Source: Octopus sinensis
Lineage: Eukaryota
Length of the DNA: 48,909 nt
Direction: 5' to 3'
Assembly: GCF_006345805.1 (NCBI RefSeq)
Contig: NW_021834391.1
Span: forward strand, 1 to 48,909
Shown here one piece after another: positions 37,511-48,909 of this stretch. The notes below the pieces were generated by a model, which ran no database searches, was not told where the DNA came from, and saw only the letters and a list, made by a program, of their open reading frames with translations. The translations under genes were made by a program, and so were the position numbers. Position 1 is the first letter of the stretch. Each line of letters starts with the position of its first letter.

Positions 37511-38240
37511 CTAATTTTGGCACAACGCCAACAATTCCAAGGGGAGAGGTAAGTATTTGACATACATTGGGTTGTCCGGAAAGTTCGTGCCGATTTTTAA
37601 AGGAAACAAAAAGGTCAATAAATACTTGCCATTACATTTTTAATCAACCAAATATGAACCATTTTGTTGCACAATGCCTCTCCATCTTTCCTTTAACTTG
37701 AAAATACCCTCTTTCCAGATTTGAGGTGGTTTCATGGCAAATACTTCATCAAGGTATCTCTTTACGTCATCCAAAGAATTAAAATGTTTACCATTAAGAC
37801 TATTCTGCAGAGACTTTAATAAGTGGAAATCCGAAGGAGCAATATTTGGTGAATATAGAGGGTGTGGTAACACATCCCAGCCGAGCTGCAGCAATTTTTG
37901 TCTGGTTCCCAAAGCATCAAGTGCCGAAAATGAACTTTCTTCTCTTCCATTATAAAGGGTTACAGAATTAACACAGGTTATAGGAACATAAACCTTCTTC
38001 CACGAAAAGATAGCTTAAACTGTGCTATAAATGGAGGTGTAGTCAAATCCTATTTTATGGACTCAACCATGTTCTAAAATAATTCGAAATGTAAGCTACT
38101 ATAAATCGGCACGAACTTTCTGGACAACCCAAAAGATGAAGAGCGCAATTAACTACGATGTGATTTCCACTCGAAATCCGAACCGATAGAAATTTTGCCA
38201 AACAGTCTTGTCCGACATGCTAACGATTCTGCCAGCTCGC
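37511..38240 (-). mobile_element. SINE family A interrupted by the mariner copy (parts 37511-37566 and 38133-38240)
   Basis: Tail to the left and head (GCTAACGATTCTGCCAGCTCGC) to the right of the mariner. Confidence 0.75.
37567..38132 (-). mobile_element. 566-bp non-autonomous mariner deletion derivative, second copy
   Basis: Same TIRs, length and internal junction as 28717; open C-terminal frame GWDVLPHPLYSPNIAPSDFHL...WRGIVQQNGSYLVD. Confidence 0.95.
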
Positions 38241-38759
38241 TTAATAATAGTATTTAAGAATATTAATTATCAAAGACTAATGCCATTGCATTAACGACCT
38301 GAATGACGATAATATTCTGAAGGAAAATATGACTACGACTGAGAAGTCGGAAGCCGATATGAATGACATTATGAGTAAAAACTTTCATGTGACATTATCA
38401 CGTCATTGCTCACCTGGTGGCAATAAATAGAAGAAAATAGCTAGAATTCGTGACATTCAGGTAACGTTCCTCGTAAGAGAGATATTAAAACATGGGAAAC
38501 AACGCATTTGGATATTTTATTCAATCATTGACATTTCGACATTCATTTCTGATTATCTATTGATTGTTATGTTTTGTTTTATTTAAAACCATATCGATCT
38601 GGCCCACAGACACATAGGAATGTGTATGGGTACATAAGCAGTAACGTGTACACGTAGGCACAAAGATTCACACCCACCCCTTCACAAACTCGCACGCATA
38701 AACGTATACACCTGCAAGAATATTAAAATAACGAGAAGGAAATCACCTAAAAGTTATAT

Positions 38760-38819
<60 letters not shown>

Positions 38820-38823
<4 letters not shown>

Positions 38824-39300
38824 TCAAATGAAAATGGTACTTAAGTTGAGGCAGCAGACATTAATACGGTATTATCCATACAATGTCAAAGTAAGGTGAT
38901 TAAAATCAAAATAAACCACAAGGATATCCAGAGATAATGCAGTACGATCGTTACATGCAACTCCATTTAATAGAACAATACAATCATTACATCAATTTAA
39001 AATGTAGTGCAATCCTCAGTTGCACAAAGACATAGAATTTAATTAAATTAGAACAGATGGAGGCATTTATATAATTATACCTAAAATCTCCAAGAAGTTA
39101 AGGATATTTTTAGGTATAATTATACTAATGTCTCCATCTGTGCTAATTTAATTAAATTCTATGTTTTTATGCAGCTGAGGATTGCTATGCATTTTAAATT
39201 GATGCAATCATTGAATTGTTCAATTAAATGGAGTTGAATGAAACGATCGTACTGCGTTAACTCTGCATATCCTTGTTGCTTATTTTCATTTTATATTTTA
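38820..39300 (-). mobile_element. Penelope-like terminus: ~80-bp tail plus ~185-bp inverted arms (38902-39086 and 39107-39292)
   Basis: Arms align as reverse complements with scattered mismatches; TA tracts on both sides; each arm holds a hammerhead copy. Confidence 0.75.
39169..39257 (+). ncRNA. Type I hammerhead with canonical core and long stem II
   Basis: AUGCAG CUGAGGA [58-nt imperfect hairpin] GAA ACGAUCGU A CUGCGU: 6-bp stem I, 8-nt palindromic stem III. The mirror copy at 38937-39024 (-) has A13U. Confidence 0.72.
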
Positions 39301-39509
39301 TCTATATATATATATTATACACGATTGTATTCAGACAATTGTGTGATTTCCCATAAATCCCTGTTACGAAGTCAGTTATAAATCCTGCAATGTGAACTGA
39401 TATAAACGTGTATTATGTGTATTATACATATTACCCATATATAATGAGGGAGAGACCGAGAGTAGTATATATATATGTATTTATATATATATTAGGATGT
39501 ATATATATT

Positions 39510-39586
<77 letters not shown>

Positions 39587-39714
39587 TATATATATATATA
39601 TATATTTCTACATTCATAGGGTACACACGCACGCACAGAAACAGACAGGCACACACACAAACAGCCAAACAAACATGCATACACAGACACACACACAAAC
39701 AGCCAAACAAACAT

Positions 39715-39754
<40 letters not shown>

Positions 39755-41140
39755 CATATATATATATATATATATATCAGTAAGAAATTTTGATCATGTG
39801 TTTAGAGTTTGTTCTGATGAACAATCTGGCCAATTAAATTGGTACGTTAGTGTAAGTGTATTAGCAGGCACGTGCATTCTTTAGTAATATCTCCTGTCGG
39901 ATGAAGCTGACATAGTGGGTTTGACAAGGCACGGCATCTAAATTACTGTTGTAATCTGACTGACAGTTTTCTAAACAATTTCGTCTATACATGTCCATAG
40001 GTTTGCTCGAATCTATGGTAAATACTACTTTCGCATCTCCGACAATATGAATAGGAAGCGAAATTCTTAAATATTTTTTCCATATTTCACCTACACACAC
40101 TCATCCATTCTTTTATCCATCTATCCACCCATCCACACACAAATACATGTATATGTGAGTGTCTATTCCTGTATGTGTGAATAGGCACATTTCGGACAAC
40201 TGGTTAATATGTTCGCTACGCAATCACCAGCACAGTCAGGATGTGAGAGCTTGGCAAGTTGTGCAAATATGATTTTGAACAGCATTGGTTCAGCCCACAG
40301 AATCTGTCTATAAGCTCGTCGGGTGGTTTTCACATTTATAACAATAGTCAGGGCTCCCTCAATCATCCTGTCACGTCGAAATAAAATTTCGTTATGTGTT
40401 TCCATAACATTGGAATACTCTCATCTTTTAGATTCTAATTTGGGAGCACAAAATTCCGTTGATTCAACTATTTAACCCGCATCATCGAAGGACGGAAATC
40501 AACACCACTCACATAGACGTCGACAAACACTTATACAAACTCTCTCTCTCTCACTTTCGCTCTCTCACACACAGATACACACACACTTAGACATATATGT
40601 TAGCTTCTGCTGTCGAGAACGAAGGACTTGCGCTCAGAAGTATAATATTTTCATATTGAACACACCCCTACCAAAATATTATCTCGAGCTCAAAAAAGTT
40701 AAGGTGAGCTTATGTCACTCAGTCTTGATAGTTGAATAACCGGAACAGGAAACTGGTGAATAATATGCCATGATAAAGAACGAAACAGAGGCTATATAAA
40801 TTAGGAAAATATAACGCACACAGATCAATACTGAGGGTTTTTTTTACGTCGTTTCTTGAAACTTGCTATCAAAACTTTAGCTGAAGGTATGAAATATGCG
40901 CAAAAAACGTTTTACAGAACAAAATCAGATTACTGAGGATAATGTATGTAAAGGTAATATAGCGTAACAAACTCTGTGTTATCACCTTCCGAGTAAACAT
41001 TTGAAACGGTTTAGTCATTCGTGCTAATTATAGGATATAGGTCGCAAGATATTGGTAAATCCATATAAAATATCTGAAAGAATTCACGCATTTTTCAAAT
41101 ATTGTTGCATATTCTTTGACAGTATAATGAGTTCATGATA

Positions 41141-41340
41141 TTCTTTTCTACTCTAGGCACAAAGCCCGGAATTTGGGGGGAGGAGGCCAATCGATTAGAT
41201 CGACCCCACTACGCAACTAGTATTTAATTTATCGACCCCAAAAGGATGAAAAGCAAAGTCTATCTCGGCGTAATTCGAATGCAGAACGTAAAAACAGATG
41301 AAATAGCGCTAAGCTTTTCGCCCGGCGTACTAATTCTGCT
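41141..41340 (-). mobile_element. SINE family A, third tail type
   Basis: Family A body with tail ...GGGCTTTGTGCCTAGAGTAGAAAAGAA. Confidence 0.85.
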
Positions 41341-41482
41341 GTGTTGCTGGGTTTGTAGCGAAGCATCACCGTAGGCATACCTGGAAGAAGTGCCATGATA
41401 ATCGGATATATATCGGATATATATCCGATTGTTCATGGAAACTGGAACCTACTAGCATCCTCAGGAGTAATGCACCCATATC

Positions 41483-41546
<64 letters not shown>

Positions 41547-41700
41547 CCGGAGTAAGCACATAAATCTGAAACAAGGTGGAAGAAAGAGTACTAGGAAACC
41601 AAACATATGCTTTATTTAAAAGCAGTAGAAATATAACAAAAGCTGTTACTCAGAGTTTCACGTTCCTGTTCGTCGGACAGTTTTGTTAAAACAGAACAGA
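41547..41700 (-). mobile_element. Penelope-like terminus, same family as 16398, no inverted arm seen (right boundary approximate)
   Basis: GGAGTAAGCACATAAAT...ATATAACAAAAGCTGTTACTCAG shared with 16398; starts at the end of a (TA)n tract. Confidence 0.75.
41643..41680 (-). ncRNA. Minimal type I hammerhead, U4C core
   Basis: 5'-CUGU CCGACGA ACA-GGAA-CGU GAA ACUC-U-GAGU A ACAG-3'. Confidence 0.68.
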
Positions 41701-44700
41701 AATTGAAATAACGATATGATCAAAACTAGTTAAAGGATACACCTTCAAAAATGGATTTATTCCATTGGACCTTTCAATTAACGGTCTTAAGCATGCAATG
41801 AACAAAATAAACAAGATAAATGAATTGAACATAAATTGAAACTATCATAAAAATCGAAGAAAACCTTAAATTGAGGAGTGGATTCAAAATACATATTGCA
41901 AATAATTATATACCAATTATAATTCAATTAATACATTAAAATTGAAATTAAAATTTTCACGCTGCATTATATAAATATTTTACAACAGTATATACGCATA
42001 CTAGACCATCTATAACATACATATATACATCAAAATACACAATTGGATGTACAAAGAATACATACATATACGGACATATAAATGTAAGACACAAATATAC
42101 GCACAAATATACATATTCACATATACATATATGTACGCAACCATGCTCGAATGCGAAAATCACTTGGTGTGTATATATATAGGACTTATAACAAACAAGC
42201 TAAGATGAGAAGTAAGTTTTAAAACGTAGAGTGGCAGTGGAAGAGGGAAAGGAAGGATCTTAAATGTAACATTAGCGAGGGGAAGAGGAAAACAAAGGGG
42301 AGAGAATAGGAACGCATTGTTAAGACGTTATATATATATGCGTGCGTGTGTATATATATATATCTATATAATATATATCTGCGTGCGTGTATATATATTA
42401 TATATATATATATATAGATATGCGTGCGTGTATATATATCTAATATATATATATATACACGCACGCATAAACTTCTATGTGTGTGTGTCTGTATTCTTAT
42501 ATGTGTGTATGCACCTATGCAAGCGTAGGTGATATGTATATATACATATATACACAGGCACACATAAACACTACTTTCTTTCCTTGTTTTTTCTTTCCTT
42601 ATGGGAAGTATCCTTTCTCTCCCTATTCTTTACGTGTATAACGTCTTAACAATGCGTTCCTATTCTCTCCCCTATGTGTGTCTGTCTGTATTCTTATATG
42701 TGTGTATGCACCTATATATGTGTGTGTGTGTGTGTGTGTGTATAATCGATTTACCCGAACCCCAGAAGACAGTAACATTCGCAAAACCATGTTTCATTTT
42801 GAGTACAAAAGATTAATGGAATTAAAGCCAAGCTAGGAGCTGGTTATGCAAATCACGTTTCATACTTTATTTAGGATCCGAACAGTAGTAATTATGAGTA
42901 ATATGCCGAAGTCTATTTGGTACGAAATTCCTTATTAATATCCTGAATAACTTGCTAAACAATTTCGTACATGGTTATACGAAATCGTATATAGTTATAC
43001 GAATGTGACCCTTAATTGTCCGAATGAAGGGAATTTATAGCATTTGCTTATATTTATATTTGTCTGTGGTTCGAATTGCGCAAATTCACTTGGCTAAATC
43101 TCGTAGTAATACACGAGGTTTACTGAAGAGTACAATTTGTTTGCGTATGAAGGAGGAGTGGTATGACGTCACTCGCATTAATATTTGCTTGCTATTTGCA
43201 CATCTGTTTCAACGACACACTAATATCGCTGCATGTAAATACGTCTGAATTGTCTGCTAAGTTAAATGTTTCAATATTTCTGTCATAGTTTATGCATTTC
43301 TTTTTCGGTAAAATATTATGAAAAGCAGAAAACATTAATGCTGCCTGAAAAGAAACAAAAGTACATATGAGAAACATAATAATGATACTTAGATCCAATG
43401 TAACGAAAATAAACAAAAATTGTATGATGGAAGACATAAATATATAACAATATTATTAGATATCTGGTGAAATGCGAATGAACGCATACTGCTGTTTCGT
43501 TCACATTAAAGGCCATGGGAATATATGTTTATTCCATCGAAATAAACATGTTAGAAAGAGTTTGATTTTTATATTCACAGTCTATTAAACATGTTAGTTC
43601 GTTTCATTTATATTGCTAACAAACATTTCGTTTTGGACTGAAGTGTATTTCTTGTTCCATCCTATTCCACTATGTTTAATTTACATACGTTGCTTCTTTT
43701 ATCCATTGTGTTTGTTCGAACTATCTGTGTTAACTTTGATGTATTCATATATATCATTGTAGGTAAATTAGATATAAATATATATACACATATCTGTTAT
43801 TCTGGATCCCTGTATGGAAGTATAAATGTACAGGACGCGAGGCAGAAAAATTGGAAGCTAGATGTTTGTGTTTGTATATATATATATATATATAAGTATA
43901 TATATATATGCGTGCATGTGTGTCTATGTATGCGTGGGTATGTGTATGTTTGAGAAGCTATACAGCTTATAAAGAATTACTGGTAATGATATGCAACTTC
44001 CTAATGTTTCTTCTTATTATTGCGCGTGTGTGTGCAAAATTCAAAACTTACAAAACCAGTTCTTTGAGCTGTCAGTGCATAATTAAGACTTAGCCGTAAT
44101 GAAATTAACAGAAAGAGTAACGTATAACGATATATTAATAAACATTTGTCCAGAGTAAATCTTTAACAGCGTGTGTGTGTGGTGTTATGCACAATATGTG
44201 GAGGACAATGTAATTACACCTCAATTTTCAGTGTGGATATATTTTCCTAATTGACAAAAGTCTACTGAGCTCTTGCTGTTTCCTGGCTGAACAGATTTGA
44301 TAAATCTTATTTAAATTTAAAATTTTAAATGGGCAAGTTGACTGAATGATATTGGATACAATTGTATCTATAAGGCATCGGTACGTAGATTGAGTATAAA
44401 TACCACATAGGGTGTGTGGCGGTGCTTCTAATGGACTTTGAACAAAAGCACCTTAGTTCAGAGACAACCGACATCTATATTAATCCAGTATGAGAGATAT
44501 GGAAAATCCAGTATGAAAGATATGGAAAATTTCACTTATTTTATATAAAGCATGCCAGCATATATATGCTGCTAAGATTAATAGAATACATACATCATCT
44601 TAATTTAAATAAGGAACAAAATTTGTGAATGCAGGTGTCTTTTAATAAGTGAGAGATTAATGAAGAGGTCTGGAATAATTTATATTTGAATTTCTTTATC

Positions 44701-44941
44701 AATTCCGTTTCAAATGGTAAAAAAAATCAACCCAAAACATATTCTGCTTGATCGTATAAATTTGTAGATGCCTCCAATAACAGGGCCAAGTCATGGATTT
44801 AACGTTAACAAGTTTTGTATAGAAACAGAAATATACAAACAAATCATTATGTGTACATGGACCGATCAAAAACTCTAAAACTATCCACGTTACACATTCA
44901 CTTCTTTCCTCCTGTCTCTACCTCACTCCCCTCTCTCATAT

Positions 44942-44972
<31 letters not shown>

Positions 44973-44992
44973 CTATATAATATATATATATA

Positions 44993-45418
44993 TTCTTTTA
45001 TTCGTTTCGTCATTGTGTAGCACACCGCCTTTAGTCGAGCAAATCGACCCCAGGACTTTTCTGTGTAAGCCTAGTACTTATTCTATCTGTCGCTTATGCC
45101 GAGCCGCTAGGTTACGGGGATGTAACGTAAACCAGCATCGATATCAAGCAATGTTGAGGGGCCCACTCACACAAACATAAACACACACACACACATGCAC
45201 ACACACACACACACACACACCACACACCACACACACACACATATATATATATATATACAACGGGCTTCTTTTAGTTTCCGGGTACCAAATCTCCTCATAG
45301 ACTTTGGTTGGCTCAAGACTATAGTAGAAGACACTTCCCGAAGGTGCCACGCAGTGGGACTGAACCTGGAACCATTGGTCGGTTACAAAGCGACTTACCA
45401 CACAGCCACTCCTGCGCC
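44993..45418 (-). mobile_element. SINE family B, full length
   Basis: Reverse complement GGCGCAGGAGTGGCTGTGTGGTAAG through tail, with internal TA/GT microsatellite. Confidence 0.9.
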
Positions 45419-45446
45419 TATATATATATATAAACACATGCATATA

Positions 45447-45499
<53 letters not shown>

Positions 45500-46302
45500 G
45501 TATATATATATATATATGTATATAGTATATGTATGTATATATGTATATATATATATATATAAATATGTATATATATATATATATTTATATATATATAATG
45601 TATGTATATGTATATACGTATATATGTGATAAATATACCTATGTATACACACATATAATATCTATATATATGTATATATATGCCCATATATATGCTCGAT
45701 TGTGTGTATATGCACATGCATATATGCTGAAATATATTTATAAAGTCATACAAATTGTTTTTCTTACAAGAAATAGTTAAATATATAATGCTGTATGGAC
45801 TTATACATAATATATACAAGATAGATTCATAGTTTACATATACACATTGAAGCACATACGTACACACAAACACACACACACACACACTTGCAGACACGCA
45901 CATATATATATACATACAGTAAGAGATTTACATGTAGGCAAAAACACACATGATGCATATATAATTTGTGTTGTGTATGTGGGTGTCATTGCCGAAAGAA
46001 AGATTAAAATTACCGTTTGGACACCTCAATAATGCTATTTGCTTCAAGATAAGACACAGTAAGTATAACACGGATATATGGTGCTTAGTATGTTACATCA
46101 ATGCTCTCTCTACTTAGTAGTCTTATCTTTCTGCAGACCAACTGCCATACTTGCATTAATCCTTGTAAACCGCCTTCACTCACATATTATATCTTATTAC
46201 GCCTGCCTGTACATGAGATATTCTCTTGTGAATACCTTTGTCAATTTGCCACCAGCTATTTCTCTCGTCTTCTTAAGCTCCTTCCATCAATCTCTATCGC
46301 TT

Positions 46303-46351
<49 letters not shown>

Positions 46352-47392
46352 TCTCTCTCTTTTTCTCTCTCTCTCTTTGTCGGCCTGTCGTTCTGATGGT
46401 CTGCTTGTCTGTATATCTGCGTGTGAGTTTTTTTTTATTCCTGCTTTTTTCTAAATCTCTGCCTGTGTGTGTATATATATATATGTATATGTGTGTGTGT
46501 ATGGGTATATATATATATTTATATATATATAAGAACATGTATAGATACACAATCGGTCTTTCTCTTTATATATATAAATATAATTTATATATAAGTATAT
46601 ATATTTATAAATATATATATATGTAGTATATATATGTATGTAATATATATATATATATATGTGTATATATATATATAATATATATATAGATATATATATA
46701 TATGTATATGTATGTATATATATATATATGTATAATATATTATATATATATAGTTGTATGTATATATATTGATGTATTGATATATATATATATTATATAT
46801 ATATATATATAATGTTTTACGTAGATACTCAGAGAGACAGATCGATAGATAGACAGACAGATAGATAGATCGATTCAGGAATTATGTGCTGGTAGATGTG
46901 CATACTACTGCTCATATATTAATCTACATTTAGGTATATATAACTATAAACACTGATGGGGACACGTATATGCTTAAAAATTATTTGGTAGTATGAATTA
47001 AAGTAATATTCACAAGTATTTATTACTGTATACACCTGTATCAGTTCTAGTAGTGTTTATTCGTATAAAGAGTCATGTATATACATACATGCATTCAGAT
47101 ATATACATATATGAATAAATAGGGAGAGAGAGAGAGAGAGTGGGGGAGAGAGAGAGAGGAAAACAAGAGGTAGCTAAAGAGATAAGTGCGTATTTATAGA
47201 CAATTTTGGATGCATGTGTATGTGTATACTTACATGCTCCCTCTCCGACAAACGCACCTACATTCTTAGCTCCAAATCTATATTCAACTACGTCCGTATA
47301 TATGCACACACACACACGCATGTATATATGTGTGTCTGGTTTATGAATCGTCTTTTGCATTTATTTTGAATTATTTTCAGGATCTCACCAAA

Positions 47393-47438
47393 TATAGCCA
47401 CAGTCAAATGACTGAAACAAGTAAAAGAATAAAAGAGA
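47393..47438 (+). mobile_element. SINE family B tail remnant
   Basis: GCCACAGTCAAATGACTGAAACAAGTAAAAGAATAAAAGAG. Confidence 0.75.
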
Positions 47439-48909
47439 GGTAAATTCAGAAACAATGTGTAGGTCAATCACCAAATTCCTAGACGCAAAATTTTAAGCAT
47501 ATTCTTAAAAATACATATACATTAATACAATTTAATACAGGTCAATAGATCTCTCTATATAAAAGTACCACTTATATCTATATGGATAAAAATAAATATT
47601 AAAAGAATGTAAACATGTTCGAGGTTTAAATAAACTAAATCTTATATGGATTATGCAAAATAACGGTCGGTAACCGTCTTACCTCTTTGATTATCTCTCG
47701 TGTCGCATATTGCGAGCACGACTCAGCCCATATATTTCGAAAGAAAGATTTGATAGCATGCATACATATATGCATACATACATACAGAGTTACAAACATA
47801 TATACCCCGTTGTTGATGTTGAAATTCGAATGAAGTAACCTTGGGTCTAGGTTACAAATGGGCTCTTTATTGGCAAGGAATCTTGCTATAAAACTGAACA
47901 ATGACATACATACATACGTATGCAGAACATCATTATGTGAGGACGTATGAAGTGTGAACATACTTATCTAATCACGTGATTTCCATGAGATTGCCTTTCA
48001 CTACTTTTGAAATGATTAATGTGTTGACTGATTGCCTAGATTCAAGTGCATCTTTCTGTGATTCCTGCAAGATTCGCTGACTTCACATATATGCGTACCC
48101 ACTCGTATGCATACATAGAAATAAACATATCAAATGGTTATACTTCATGTGAGTACAAGGAGTAAATACTTTTCTCTAATCATTTTCGGTGGCTTGATCT
48201 TCCTACCCATTTGTTCATCTTGGAGGCAATATGGAACCATTGCATCATCGTTTGGAGACACAGAGTGCACAAGGACCCAATTTGTGCTCATTTTCTGCTG
48301 AGTAATCTGTAGCAATTATTAAAAGAGGTACCTTCTGCAAAATACCACACAGGTCACCAACCAGATCTAAGAATGGAAACCTCACAATTATTATCGTGAA
48401 GTGAGCGCACATATCGTTAATGAAGTATTCGTAGCTATATGTGTCAATATACATGCTAGATGAACATTCTACCAAAGTATGTGGTAAGATATTGATTCAG
48501 CCAGAGCTGACTACTTGCAAGAATTTCGGTTTCCCAGTCCAATGGAGATTGTCAACAATTTATCGAAAATACAGTAATTTCACGTGATCGCATATTTTAC
48601 CTATTAATACGATCACAAACACGAAATGTACTGTTGTCTGCATATGAACGTATATTTATACATATAACTAACAATATATATATATATATACATATATGTA
48701 TTTATATAGGTGTATATATATATATATGTATACAAATATATAGATATATACATATACATATATATATATATATTATTATAAATAATATATATAATAAATA
48801 TATATATGTATGTATTATATATATGTGTGTGTATACACGTAATTTTATGAGAGAATATATATCTGTATATGTGTGAATATACGTATATAACGTATATATG
48901 TATGTGTCT

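Noticed and set aside
39814-39850. CTGATGA...GTACGTT
   Set aside because: GAAA is broken and there is no stem I.
44482-44527. 23-bp tandem duplication (also a 3x ~18-bp repeat near 14700-14760)
   Set aside because: Ordinary slippage-type duplication.

Overview
AT-rich eukaryotic nuclear DNA dominated by microsatellites ((TA)n, (CA)n, (AAT)n, (GAA)n, (ATCT)n) and transposable elements. The SINE types and repeat landscape look like an Octopus/coleoid cephalopod genome (inference from recalled repeat families, not from a search). No host protein-coding gene could be identified with confidence, and almost all ORFs in the track are microsatellite translations. Supported features: about 20 tRNA-derived SINE copies in four families, a 2.1 kb L1/Tx1-type retroelement that keeps only ORF1 (12-bp TSD, inserted into a SINE head), two copies of a 566-bp mariner deletion derivative, and a decayed maT-like transposon. 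The most interesting signal is a set of at least five unrelated short elements sitting in (TA)n tracts. Most have a one-sided tail plus inverted-arm architecture typical of Penelope-like retroelement termini. They carry type I hammerhead ribozyme folds with self-complementary stem III and unusual cores: a compensatory U3-A8 pair, U4C, A6U and long stem II forms.
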